Part shown: positions 13,030-28,000 of the stretch, in pieces
How the letters are laid out: the number at the start of each line of letters is the position of its first letter
Position numbering within the stretch: the stretch's first letter is position 1
NCBI GenBank assembly: GCA_965649765.1
Contig: OZ287750.1
Location: 87,854,001-87,918,000 of the forward strand
Source: Bispira polyomma
Taxonomy: Eukaryota
Direction: 5' to 3'
Length of the DNA stretch: 64,000 nucleotides
Program-made: the position numbers and the translations under genes
The notes under the pieces: model-generated
The model's input: the letters and a program-made list of their open reading frames with translations, nothing else
Databases searched by the model: none
Told to the model about the DNA's origin: nothing

Positions 13030-16000
13030 GTGTCATAATTTCTTGTTAACTTAATTTAATGCATAGTACCTTACTTAATCTGTGGTGACCTTATCCCCCC
13101 TTCAGTTAACGTAAACTGTACGCAGAAAGATTAGAATTTTATTACCCTAGTCACTAATAAACTATTTTACCGCAATCTGTTACTGTGTTAAATATCGTGT
13201 CAATTTATGGACTGAAGAACTGAATGCATAGATTGTAATAATTTGTACATTCTGATTTTTGTTTTATTAATATATTCTTTATTCCTTGTTGATTTAATTT
13301 AATGCATAGTATGTAAAACTTTGTACATTCTGATTTTTGGTTTATTAATCTGTTCTTTATTCCTTGTTAACTTAATTTAATGCATAGTATGTAAAACTTT
13401 GTACATTCTGATTTTTGTTTTAATAATGTGTTCTTTATTCTTTGTTAACTTAAATTAATGCATAGTATGTAAAACTTTGTACATTCTCATTAGTATTTTT
13501 TAAACGTCTCTTACCACCTGTACATACCGTCATAGTCTGAACACCACATTAGAGCTTGTATAAAGTCTGAATAAATTTCTTACCATAATAACGATTCTAT
13601 AAGATTTATACTCATTGTATTGTATTTGTATTGTATTTTGGATTTTAATGCCTTATTTATGTAAGGCATCTTCTAAAGCACAACAACAGAATCAATTAAT
13701 TAATCAAGAGAAATCCAAAAGACATAGCATGGTTGCTGGGATGGATGTGGGGGTGTACAGGGTGGGAACTAAGGGGGGTAATCGAGTTTGTAGCAATCAG
13801 TTTTAATTTTTTTACTTAAACTCAGAAAGTGTTTCTGGTGATCTAAGCTAAAATGTAAGACTATTCCTTAATATATCGATTGGAAAAACTTTATATGGAG
13901 CCCTCTTGTGGAATTTAACATAAAATACAGAAAGTCTATTTCCTCTCTTGACGTTACTGAAGGAAATATGACTGGCAATGTAGGAGGACTGTTGAGAAAC
14001 AACAGCTTTGCATGGTCAATACATGGAAATTTCTCATTTGTATCATTTCTAGGTCCCGCGCCTGTGTGTACTTTACTACAGTACCAAGACTGTTTAGTAG
14101 AAACTTTGGGTAAGTGGAAACACGTAATTAACCCTTAAAAGGCCTTCATTTGTATGGTAGCTTTTAGGTTTTATTACCTGAGCTGGTATTCACAAATATT
14201 TTTAGTCTTACATGTTTATCTCAACTAATTTGATTGATTGAAAATATTGTTTTGAAGAATTTGATTGGCTGATACATTGTAAGAATGTTTGTGAATATGG
14301 CTCCTGGGCTGGTATTCACTGAAAAGCTTATGTCTAGAGATTGTCCTAAATCCAGCACAAAAGTACACTAGATCTAAGACGATGTTTCGGCTTAGCCCTT
14401 TTGCGAATACCATCTTGTAAAAATATTCAGCATCTCTGCTCTTCTGGGTGAATAATTTACTTTGGAATACGGATCAACTGGATTAAAATCAAAGGTACAG
14501 GCAGACACCCAATGGATTGGTAGACAACTTTAAAAGATGAGCCAAGCCATAAGGCAGGATGTAGTACATAACCACGAAAATACCTAGTATGTGTGGGCAA
14601 TTTTAAAAAATGACACTTATAAAATGAAAAGTGTTCTTAACCCAACAAGGTTTTACATACTTTAAAACAATTTTATTAAAAAAATAATAGTTCATTGGTG
14701 TAACTTATAATTTATTTATTTGGGTCTAACGGCGATTTTAGCAGTATTGGTCATATCTCGACAGCCAGATTTGTTAGTTGAAGAAGTAACCAGTGCTGAA
14801 GCATTGCGAAGGACTAGCCTACAGCAAGTAAAATTGCTTTCTATTTTGCTTCTGCTTTCAGAAATCTTCACTCAGATGAAGGAAGTCTGTGAATGTCCAG
14901 TTCCCTGTGACAGTTTGATGTTTGAACCTGTAGTGTCATACGCAGCTACTTCCAACTTTGACATCCTCGCTCTGCTGAGAAAGAATAACACTGAATACTT
15001 AGCAGAGCAGTACCTCAACTCAAGGGAGATTAACCAGAAGGTACATTCAACCCTTTGGACCCCTATGTTTTCAACTAGTTGTGTACAACATTTGTTACTC
15101 CCAGAACCCATGACTGTCGACAAGCAGTCGACACCCCCCCCCCCCCCAAAAAAAAAAAAAAAAAAAAAATGTTATTATTTTCCTTTTGTTACTTTCGATA
15201 GGATATTGCTAATACAGCAGAATTCTTCTTTTCAAAAATTATATGGATGGCCATTTTATTAAATGTCAGAAATATTCTGTGGTGTGTGTATTGGTGGGTG
15301 ATCACAGCTATCTCTAGTCTATTACCCAAAAGATTTTCTGTAGTTCCTGGCAAAATTTTTCTGTTGGTTTGAAAATGGTGTATTTTATGGTCTGCCTACA
15401 TTTTAGCTAATCGTTATTGTTTTCATCCTGTCGGTGCAAATGGGTGGCTAGGTGTCGGCTGCCAAGTTTGAAACCATGAGGTCAAGAAAGCTCATATTTG
15501 GTACAACTTTTCCTTCTGGTAGGTAACTGATTGGGTGTTATTGTCCATGGTCTGGCGACTAGTAAGCGTCATGTAATGGTCTAGTGGACTTGTGGGTAAC
15601 ACATTCACTTAAGAATGCAATGGGCCACTAAGGGCTTGTGGTTACAAGTGTTCATTTGTTATCTCTCGACAAATTGATTTTGTATAATAAGGTACAGTAA
15701 AAGATTTGTTAGCTGAATATCTATTAGCCAAATATTCAAATTTATGAACATATTTCGACTCACCCAAGTTTAATTCTCCCTGTTGTTTTAAACTAAATTC
15801 CTCTTGTAATGTTCTGTTTATAGATTTAATCTTGCTCAATCTTTATATATGTCAAAGGTCAACCAAGAAATTGTCAAAGAAGACAGGGGGATGATCGGGA
15901 GCTTTGTTGAGAGTGTAGGGGAACTCAATGTGGTCGTAGAAGGGATTAAGTCCTCTCTTGATCAACTCCGGACTTTACTCACAGCTCAGCATGATGTAAT

Positions 16001-19000
16001 GCAACAGCGGATCAACTTCCACTTGGAGCATGGATTGGAGAAAGTGAGATTTTTATTGGAGGACAACATCCTTAGGTGAGAGGTTTCTTCTATTTCTTAA
16101 TGTCGTGATCACTGTACTTGTGTATGACCAGTAAGTGGCACGTTTTAAAATTGATAATTACTAATATTTTAAAATTAACTGAAGCCCAGCTAGAATGCTG
16201 CAAGGCCACAAATACAATAAGTTTTTTAAGGTATATATACAAAACTTTACAGTCAGTGGCACAAATACACATATTTGCAGTCATTGGCAAAAATACATCA
16301 CTTTACAGTCAGTAGCTGAAAAGACACCATTTTACAGACCGTGGCACAATCCATCCCAGTCAATATGCAAAATAATAGTCCATTAGCAGAAAAGGTTTGT
16401 GACCATCAGAGTTCAGTCATGACCAGCAGATAAATGTTAACTTGGAAAAACATGATGATACAGATGTGCTTTGAGGTTTTTTCTTCTGAAGTCTGTCATT
16501 TTTGTCTCAGTACAAAAACAGGCAGGGAGACTATTCCACTCAGTAGGTGCTGCAAAAATCAGAGCTAGAGAGATGATTTTCTCTGGTGCGATTGCTGTGA
16601 GATAACTGCTGTACATGGACATTGACCTTACATTTTATAGAGAACTCAATCGATAGCCAATGAACTGGCCATTTGGCCACAATGTTCAGAGGATCGCTAC
16701 AAAATGATATCTATGTTTCATATTTTGGTCATTTGTGATGCTATCACATCACCTAAATTCACAAATAAGGTACCGAATAAAAGCTTATTATCTACTGAAT
16801 AAGTAAAATACAGAGGCAGCATGCCATAATTGTATTTCCTATGAAGGAATCACAAAAAAAAACACAACTTGCACCTTTCTTTTGAATTATCAGAACTATC
16901 AAACTTACATAGTTAACTTCTAAGATAACATGCCTAGTCAGATTCTTTTATTTTATATTTGATGATCAATAAGGCTGCTCTGCATCTGCAATTTCTTTTG
17001 AAAATGTGTCGAAATATACTTCAGCCTTTATAAACTATAGACATTTCAATATCTGGTGTAGTTAGATATGCTAGTTGGAGGTATTTAAGTAAATTAAACA
17101 TTTGAGGACATTGTTCATTGGCTGGAAGTTGATGAACAAGTGTATTCGCCTGTGTCATGTCACAGCAGTTGACAGTATAAAAATATTATTGTATAGCCTC
17201 CCTTAGCACACAGAAATAAAATATATTTGGTATTTCAATTGTCATAAAAAAAACTTTTTTTTGCATTTGTGAAATAATTAGCCGTTGCGAAAGTGTCATT
17301 TGTGAGAGTAGGATAGAATTACTCTCCATCGGTGGCGAAGGGGTTAATAAATACTGCTACACCAAAAGTCGACACCACTTTTTCTTTCTTTCAGACAGTG
17401 GAAGAGTTACTTTGAGAAGAACTTCGACCATGTGCTGTTTGATTACAAAGGTCTGCCTCGCCTGCTAAAGCAGTCGATACAGGACGCTAACGGGACGGTG
17501 TCCTTTGAGAACAGGGACCATCGACTGCTTGTCACAGTTCCTTCATCTGCCGCGGTAATAAAATTTAAACGAATATGGGCCAACTAATTCTTCATGTGAA
17601 CTATACCACATTCATTTTAATACTGTTGTTAGATTCCCAGTGCTAACACACTCGCCTCCAGCCTCTCGGTCAGGGCCGCGGTGGCCTAGTGGTTAGCAAG
17701 CATTGCGCTTCACAATCACTGGTCTTTCACCTCTGGGCGGCATGAGTTCGAATTGCTTCAATGCCTATGTGGGAAAGGTGGTAGTTCCTTACTGTAGGCC
17801 ACTGGTTTCAGTGCATAACATTGATCAACTGTATGCAGTGTTTCCTCCAGCATTTCCAACTACCCGTCCCAATATAACCTAAACAGGTACATGAGTGGAC
17901 GTTAAATATCCAAATTCAAATTCAAATCCAACCTCTCGGCCAGGACTTTAAATGGGAAAGTTGGCAGTTACTTGTCGGTGGTCACTGGTTTAGAGAGTAG
18001 AATCTTGTTTTGTCATGTGGGTGGTACTTTGCTCTACTTTAGTGGTGCCCCAACATTAATAACCAAATCTTGCCGTGACAATCTACCTTTGTGGCCCTTG
18101 TGGGTAATATATTCCTTTAAGAATGACTTAGGAATAACTTTGCGACCAGGGTACATGCAAGTTCATAGGGGCTCAGATAATGACTTAGACGATTTAAAAT
18201 TGGTGGTTCTCTGTTAATAGGTGCCATCCCCAGGGCAATGGAAGAACTTGACAAATGATGTCATCCCCATGCCTGCGTTTTTAGATATGGGTAATGTCAG
18301 TTACTGGGGCTGGTTGGCTGTACTTGGGCCGTCAAGAAAAGGTTGTTCAATCAGTGCTTTGATCACACCAGACAAAGGCATATATATATATATACACACA
18401 CAATGCACAAAAACACAGGGAAAACAGATATATCTCTGAATGCAAAAGCAAAAATTGAGGCTACAATCAAAATCAAAGTTTCTGTCACAGTTTGTGCCCA
18501 GCCCTGTCATTTATATCAATATCAAATTATAAATCTGAATATGGATGAAATTTGACAAACGTTGTTATTACCAACGTACAATTGTAGGACTCTCCGAGTG
18601 TGCGTATATTATACAAGGATAGCCTTTTAAAAAAGCAGGTCTGAGGAAGTTGAAGACTGCTTAATGTAAGTCTATTATGCACTGACACTTTTGCCAGATT
18701 ATTCTAGTTCCGATTGACATTCTGGTGGGCCTTAGTAGTAACCATTTTGCTTAGCGATTAAAAAATATAACATTAACCACGATATAACAACATATATGTT
18801 CTCATAAATATTGTCAATAAATCTACACCCTCTACATGGTTTATCTAAGACCTGTCATAAAACATGGCAGCCCGCAGCTGAAGCTCACATTAGGAGATCT
18901 TTGACCTAAAAAATAAAGGATATAAAGAAGAGTATACAGTCATGTGCATTTTATCTTCCTGAGTCATATAATTTTTAATATGCATGTTATGTTGTACATG

Positions 19001-22000
19001 CACAAAGGTTCTTTCACTTACAATTGTTATATTTGATGTATGCATTTTTTTTATTTATTGATGGCTTTATATGTTTCTGTAACCATATTAAGACCACCTC
19101 AAAAACAAAAATAAATATCGATAGTTCTTCACATTTTCAACCAGTCTTTAATACATCACACTTGTGAAACGTCACAGCTACAATGTAAACAAGGAATTGC
19201 TGCCATAGAAAAAAAATTAAATTCATATTTAGAAAGCACTAAAAAATCACACTTGGTTTAATGTCCGTGCAAAAATAAAGATATTTTTGATACCTTTTCA
19301 TGGGTGCCAGGTAACCCATTTTATATCCCATATTTCACGTCAAAACATTGTATTTCACGGCCGAGTGGAAAATAAAATTAAATTCATCTCATGTTTAATT
19401 TTTTATTGTATTGTGTAGCTGTGGAGAAGACTGGGTATCATCAGCAGTACCAAGCAATTCATTCAAACTATGGAGAATAAACTCACGTATGAGGACCAAC
19501 ATTTCGTCATCACCAAAGCCAGTTTTAACTACCATTATGATCGCTTCTACAAATCCCCAGAGCTCTTAGGTAATTTTTTATTGTGCATTTAACATGCCTT
19601 ATTGCTGCTAGGCATCTTCTGAAGGGCAGCAACAGAATCAGTTACCCAATAGTGTAGTCCACAAACATAGCCAGGTCAAAAGGAAGGATGTGGGGGTGTG
19701 CAGGAAGGAATTAAGGGGGATAAGTGAGCTTGAAGAGATAGTGTTTCTAGTGATGTGAGCTCAACTGGGAGCCTGTTCTATAACACGGGGCTGCTATGGA
19801 GAAAGCTTTGAATCCAGCGTTCTTGGTTGGTTCAACACAGGAAACAGAAAGTCTATTACTTCTGTTATATTTATATTAAGTTCATTGTATAGGTGACACA
19901 CCTACATACAGTCTATTGGTCTCCTATAGTCTAGTGATCAGAGACTGGTTATCAGAAGACCTGACGTTCCACTCCTGCTAATTGCTAGTTTCAGTGGCTG
20001 GTTAACATTCTTCGACCAGATGAGAACACGCCTTTGCCTAGTGGCTCGGATTGGCACTTAAAATAGCAGTGTCATTCTGAAAACTCATCCATACTGGAAT
20101 TTGAAAATGATGTAAAACCCAATTTTATAGAGATAAATCAGTTGCTACTAATCCTGTGTCAAATTATTTCTGTGTAAATTATATCAACAACATTTTTCAT
20201 TGGGTTTTCTGCTGACACATTGATAAGTAGTGGAGTGAGTATTATATAAAATTCTAAAGTCCTAGGTTAAATGGTTACTATTCAACAAAAAAAAAATCAT
20301 AATATTGATAAAAACGGGAAAAAGTCAACAACAGCTGATCAAGTGGACAGCTATTAAGGGAATGCATCATTAAACAAATATGCTTTTAAATCTGCGACAG
20401 AAGGAATGTATGGAATAAGCTGTCCTGATGCAATAACGTAAACTATTCCACAGCGTAGGAACATCAAATACATTGAATGCTTTGATATGAGTTTCCTGGA
20501 CATAATAATATAAACCTCAAGGAATTTATTTTGGGGATTTTCTCCTCTGTGTCCTGTATTAATTACATTTGTAGTATTTTAAGTATGGATCGAACTATGC
20601 AGCCAAGTCAGAGTCAACAAACGTATTACACAATTGTAGCAGACTTTGCTAAGTTTTGGCTTTGGCCTTTTGTGAATCGCCATTATATGACTGAAAATGG
20701 CCAACACCAAACCTTTCATTTACTTCAAAAGCAAATTTATTACATTTCACAATTTGTAGTGCTGACATATTTTTGTACATATTATGTGTGAGGAATGAGT
20801 ATAATTATGTGGAAACATTTGAATATCAAAGGTTATGGTTGGATCCGAAATCCCTAGTAACATTCTCCGAAGGACTCAAATATGCTGTTTTTGGAACCAT
20901 TTAAATGTGGGGAAAATGTATTATCCTGCATTTTTCCAAAGGTTAACGGGGCGTACCATTTGAGATCCAATATTGCTGGGGCTTGTAAATCAAAGCCTTC
21001 GTTAGGCTAACGAATACGTTTGGTCTTGATTAAGGATTAGTTCACAAAGTGTTGAGTAAATTGAAGCCTGAGTTAGTTTACTGTTGATTAACTTTGTTCG
21101 TGAAACCCCCTAAATTGAACGACACCTCAGACCCTGTTATTTTGTATTTGTTAAACCATATATTCACCAAAAATCAAAATAAATAATAGTACAAACTTCT
21201 AAAAAGCAAGGCAATGGCAATGATGCAATCATTTTCGCTTCTATGTCTAACATAACCCATAAAAATCAATACAAATATATATACTATAATCACACTACAT
21301 GATGCCATACAACCACATCAGTTAGACTTTTTGTTTGGGCTAAATGAACCAAAACCTAACCAATGCTTTTCATTTATCCACAGCATTGTTTGGTTACTGC
21401 CTGGCAGTTTTGTCGTTACATGTTCGTTAGTTGACATTTTAACGAAGGTTTTGATTTACAGGGCCCAGGTCGATTTTTTCGTGATATAATTAAAGTTCAA
21501 ATATAAGTTGTCTAAGTTCTAGCGTTAAATGGTGACTATTATTTTTGGTTAAATCTTTTTATGAGTTATGTATATATTTGTTGACATTGTCCACATGATG
21601 AATCGCAAACCGGATGATGCTAAAATGTGAACACCTAAAATCAGGCCTTTATGGCATATTTGTGCCTGTTTTTCCAACTACATGTAACACCACTGTCATA
21701 CACATATCTGGCGTTTGCTGTGATATAACTTTTCACATATATTGTCCTATATTATGACATTTACGAACCTCTACTGACACCACACTAATACTCTTAATAA
21801 TTTTTGTATTTACATTAAAACGTTTAATGTTTTTTATTGCTCTACTACAATTTATCTAATGTCCTGGTCACACCTACACGTTCTAGAGCCACGTTTGTGT
21901 CACGTTGTGTTGATTTTAGAAATGTTTTGAAACGTAGTAGAAAGTGAGGATCCCTAGTGCATTCGTTCCATGACATTGATTAACAGATGGTATCGTTCTG

Positions 22001-25000
22001 GGAACGTCTCCGTTTCATTTTTTACGTGTACTGTTTCAAACTGTTTGAAACAGTACAGTCACAGCTCTTGTTTCTCCCCATTTCACTGCTTGTCCCCAAA
22101 CGTTTCAGAAAGTAGCATAGACGTATCAGTAAGTAGCTCCACGTACTAGTAGGTAGCGAGGAAGAAGCAGAAGGCACCAGTTAGTAAAAGTCAGTAGCTC
22201 TACCTAGTAGTAGGTAGTGATATTCTACCAGTAAAGGGTCCGTTTTTTTCCCCGCTTCGTGTGTATAAGTGCTAACATCGTCACGAAACATCACAAAAAC
22301 GTCACAATCGACTCCTCCTTTATCAAAATGACGTCACTTTGACACTAATCTACCACGTTTCCAGTTTATATTGCTTTACTACGTTGAGGGATGTTAGCAC
22401 GTGTAGGTGTGACCGGGCCATTAGGGAGCTGAGAGAGAACAATTAGTACCAAGGGAAAGCGCTATATAAATGCATCACATTTACAGTCTCAGATGGTATT
22501 GATTTGTTTTCTCTTGTGATACATTTTATAAAGTATGTATTTCATGGGTATTATTTCCTTTATATCCAGTCTGTAATCGTATCTTGTATTATATATCTCT
22601 CTGTACAGCGACTCGTATGAGTACCCTGGGTAAAGAGGACTATAAGGACCAACATAAGGAACTACTGCATTCTGTCAATGATGTCAAGTTTGGTAAGTTT
22701 CAAAAATTCAGGCAAAAGTAAGAAAAAAACCGATTTGTGAGCAATTTAACATAATATCAATCAGTTTTGATGATTGAATGTTAATAAAATAAGTATTAAT
22801 TTTTGTATTAAATGTATGTATTGTTCACCTACTTTTGATTAAGCCATAAAAATGAAGCTCTGTATACAGTAAGGAAGTTTAGGACAATTTTGTATATATC
22901 TAGAAAAAGATGAAAATTTCAGATTTGCAATTCTGTTTATCTTTGTGAATGATATGCTATGCTGCTTACACACAATTGTAAATGTGTCTTACAACAGAAA
23001 CTTTATAACCTTTGCAAAGGAAATTATGTGTTCACACGTGATGTATTGTTTAGTTGGTATATTTCTTTCATTTCAGCATTATACAAACAAAAAACCAGAA
23101 CCAACTCATATTACATTTGGTAGAGTGTTAGGGTTGGCAGAGGTACACTTTTGTGAACGCTATACTGTGTGACTGTATATTTTATAATAGGTTTATGGTT
23201 CTTACTACCCTAACATAATTGCAATGTGTTTTTGGTTCAGCATTTTAGTCTGGTATAATCTGGTATAATTATCCAGTCTTGGTCTATTTGCTCTTTGGCT
23301 TATTAGCAGGATTAAACAATAACTAATGAATCAATTCTAATATTTGTGGAGGGTTAGGGCATGGACCAAGAACAAAAATACACATAGAAACTGTAATACT
23401 ATTGTATGTTTATTTACTCGAAAGCCAGAGGAAACAGTAAAATGCACACTAATTTGCAAGATGATTACCGACTGCTGATCTATTTCTAACTCACTTGGGA
23501 TATTCACAAAATTACCTCAGTTACCTTTACAGTTCACTATATTTCACATTTGTACTTACTATTGCACAAATTTAGGTGTATATATCCACATAATGCTCAG
23601 GGTGCATAAAAATACTTATTGTTATCTATAATTTAAGGAATATTTGCCCCCTTTTACCTACACACTACTGCGAAATGTGTTTATTGGTCAAATATGTTAT
23701 TGAACTCCCATTTTGATGTGGTATAGTCAGATAGCTGACTTTCAAAGGTTTAGGTTTGTGCTTTGTGATTATTGTACCCCATCGAGGAGGTTTGTGCTAT
23801 ACTAAGTGCTCTTCTTGTAATATTGTTTTAGGAATCATTGACCTTCTGAATGTAATCAACGATTTCTCAGAAAACAATACCTTCGATACGGAGTTGTACG
23901 AAATAGGAGAGAACAAGTTTATCAGCAAGGTGGAGGAATTCAGGGAAAATTTGTACAGGTGACAGACATAAGAGAACTTTTGAAACCCTTTTGAAAACTT
24001 ATTTGGTTGTATATTTTATGGTGTATTCTATTCAAATGTCTACTAAGTGCATATGTCTACCTTCTTCTGGTATTCAGAGTGGTGATTAACCCTTTCCTGA
24101 CTGTAACAGTCAACAGCATCAGTTACTACCATTCCCCTAACTCAAGGGGGCCGCCGTGGCCTAGTGGTTAGCAAGCATTGCACTTCACAATCACTGGCCT
24201 CTCACCTCTGGGCGGCGTGAGTTCAAATCCTGTCGATGCCTATGTGGGAAAGGTGGTAGTTCCTTACTGTAGGCCGCTGGTTTCAGTGCAGAACCTTGAT
24301 CAACTGTATGCAATGTTTCTTCCAGCATTTCCAACTACCCATCCCAATATAACCTGAACAGGTACTAGAGTAGACGTTAAATATCCCAATTCAAATTCCC
24401 CTAACTCAAGAGGTAGGCTTGAGGATGACACCATTTATCAATGTCCTCAATATTCTTTAACTTGCCACTGAGGGGGGGGGGGGGGGGTAGGACCCATTGA
24501 CAGACGACCATTATCTGAAGTAGTCTTTCCAGCCACTAGGTAAACGTGTGTACAAATTTTGCAAAAGGATGTTATCCAACCAATGAACCTAGCAGCCGGT
24601 ACCTGTAGTAAAACATGGTGCCTTTTGATTATGAGACCAGCACCCTGACCACTGGGCCACGAGGGACCAGAAGTAAAAGTTAATTCTAGGAATGGTGTCT
24701 GTCAGTATACAATCAATAACACCCCCAAAATTATCATGTTGCTTTTCTTCAGTCCGGTGTATTTGGAATGTGTTAATATTACAGAATTCCTTGTTATACA
24801 ATTAAGTCATTATGAAATGCGAGGACTCATCGGTGGTGTAAATTTGATAAGTGGTTTAAAAGCAACTCAACTGGTTACAAAGTTTCAATGTGTTTATAGC
24901 ACATTGGTGGTATATGGGCAAAATACACTCATCCGCTACACCTGCACTCTTGAATTCAAATCTAAATGCTAGCATGAATACGGAAAAAGCCTGCGGTGAA

Positions 25001-28000
25001 GTTGCTGAAGGCAAATACAAAAAAACAAACAATCGTGTATTGTTTTCCTCTACCATTAAACTGCCAGTGGTGATATAATACAAACTAAAGCACAGGCAGT
25101 TTTGCCTTTGCTATTTGCGGCTTTTAGTCCTTGTTTAAATTTAAGTTCCCTGTTTATCAGAATAAGAACCAGAACGTACAATAAGCTTGATGCTATTTTA
25201 TAAAAGTTATTATTCAAAGGTATATTTTGTTCCTTTAATTTGTGGTCAGATACAATACACCATATATTAAAACTTAGGAATTCCACAAATAATTACACTT
25301 TTTTCCGAAAAGTTTTGTTGTCAGTTCCAGGTTTGGTGACTTTGTAAGGGCTCATGTTATTGGCTAAGTTACCTTCAAAATCACATTCATAATTAGTAGT
25401 ACTTCCATCACACAGACATGGACACTGTTTACGCAGCACATTTTAAAGTCATTATACTTACTGTATTTTTATCAGGACCTGTCTGATATTGTTTTTATTC
25501 TGAAAAGGGCATCACTATCTTTGAAAAGCACGCCGCCATCTTCATGGATTGGTTTGAAGCAAACGATCCATCCAAACAGAGGAGTGCCAAATGGGCCTGA
25601 GTATACAGTAGCCATATCAACATTAGTGTATTTCACACAGCGCGCTGGTGTCTTTTTGTAAAGACAACTCTTAGTCTAACTTTTCCTGATATTTCAAGGG
25701 CTAATTAATCTTTTCATGACTGACACACTACAGCCAACCATCACCAGTAACTGTGATTACTCCAAGGTTCTTAAGCTTACCACCGGGAATAGGACTTAAG
25801 GGCCTTACAAACCGAGGACTACACGACACTACACTTCACTACAGGGGACGACACATCACTGTACATTTTATATTCTGTATAATGTACATCTAAGCAGTCA
25901 TGAGGGGAGATCAATTAATCAGCAAAGCCATTTGTGCAGAAATAATATAGAAACACCTAACGATACAACGTTTTTTTAGGGATTTCTCCAAGTTAAATTG
26001 CAATGTCTTGCAGTATAGTGTAGTATCTAAGCCAATATATAGAGTCAGTACATAGTTCCTTATTTCTATTTTTTATATTGGCATTTCATGCTGTGTAGTT
26101 GGTGGTCTGTAAGGCCCTTTAAGCACAGTAAGTCGCCATTTGAAGTAGTCATCCCGACCACTATGTACCTAGGAGCCCTTAAACGTTCCCGAGCAAGAGT
26201 GTTACCCAATAGGCAATGACTAGATGACCCGAGAAAAGTCAAAGACAAAATTGTATTTTGCCTGATTTTATCTGATATTTTCTTTATGCCAGCACTAAAC
26301 TCAGATACTTGTTTTACAGCTATGACAAACTGATTGTTGAACTGCCGACCAATGCCATAGATGAGGTCATACTCAACTTCAAATTTGACAACAAGTCGCA
26401 GTTTGACATTTTCAGCAACATCCTGAGGAAAATCAACACCATCAATGCTTCTATGATGACCTCGTCCCAGGATTACTGGAGTCACGCACAGTCCATCACA
26501 GGTGGAGTAGAGTTTTAACCAGTATTAGATCGAAGACCTTCTAATCTAAGCCTTAGCCATGTTGTATGACGGGTCTAAGATGAACCATTTACGGGGTGTT
26601 GATTTAATTATAATATAGTCATGAAAACATATATCTTGTTTTATCGTGGTTAATGTTATATTTGTGTCATATGTATATTTCTTTCTATAGGTGGACTGAT
26701 GGAAGTTTTTTTTTATAAGAAACATGAAAGAATTAATTGATATGGAAAATAGAACATTTTATGTTGAAAAAGCACCTTTTTTTCTTTTGTGATTCTTGTG
26801 TCTGCTGAGCTTGGCTAATTACAAAGGGTGTGAAGAGGTTCGCCTCCAACATAGTTCTGATACAAAGCTGAATTGATTTAATTTTTTGAGTCTACTAATT
26901 TATTCATGGGGTTTTCCCCATCATTTCAATCCTCTAATTGGCTGTACCTATATGAATACTTCACCTAAATTGTTTGTGTTGTTATTACCAAAAAGCTCTT
27001 ATTAAGCACATTGTGATAGGTTTCACCAATTTCACAATAAAGCGACCTTCACCTTCCTCCGACCTGCCTTTTTTGAATGCTATTCTCATTAGTACATGTA
27101 TTATTTGATTACAACTACTTCATAGCATATACAGAATGGTGCCGGATATCGAACATGTATATGCAAAATGTTTTCGGATTTTTCGGAAAGGTTTTCAACA
27201 TCAATTTTACATTCACTATTTTACACAGTAAACTAAGCAAGGGTACAGAATGTCTTAAATATAGACATTCAACTATGATTTGGTACAATAATCTTGATTT
27301 TAAATGCTATATTATTAATACAATTTTAAAGATGATTTGTTGTAGTATCAACTCTGTACTTCTTCTTTATTTTTTCACTTGTTTGTTTTTTTCGCATCCA
27401 AAGTTCATCATTCTAAATAATAATCCCAGAAAAGACCATATACATTCATGATATATATTTCAGAGCTCTCCTTGAGATATTTGGCCAATGACAACAATGT
27501 CACGAAAACCATGGTGGCGGAGGCTGTGACATCCCAGGCAGTCAGAGAATCGTTTTACTCCCTGCATTTGTTCTTTAACGATGTCCAGCTTTACCTAAGA
27601 GGACTCAGGAATGAACTGAGATCCTTAAAGGTATACAAGGCGGTGGGGTGGGTGACATACACTGTCAGAGGACCTGGGTTTGATCCCAGATTGTTATATA
27701 AGTTATGATGAATTATTGACTGTTGGTTACTACAAATTATGAAAATGCATGTGTGTATAAAAAAAATCAATACAATAATGCCAGACTGACGTTAATGACT
27801 ATACTACAGATAATAGAGGGAAAATTAGTACAGCTTTCAAATAAACATGTTTTTGTAATGTAAAGGGGAACAAAATGTAAACAGATGTTGACGGTAAAAA
27901 GAAATGAAAGGAATTTAGATCACAATAAGGTTGACTAAAACTTTCAGACAAGAACCTGTTGATTATAACTCATATTTGTATTCAGATTCATACGCCGCAC

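Noticed and set aside
14720-15262. 180-aa ORF ending in PPPPPKKKKKKK
   Set aside because: Only 14862-15040 is exon; the rest is intron read-through over poly-C and poly-A runs.
17674-17760. tRNA gene (A and B boxes; also 24147-24235)
   Set aside because: These are SINE heads followed by a SINE body, tail and TSDs; there is no proper cloverleaf.
26066-26485. 139-aa minus-strand ORF
   Set aside because: Antisense to channel exon 15 and the adjacent intron; no motifs.
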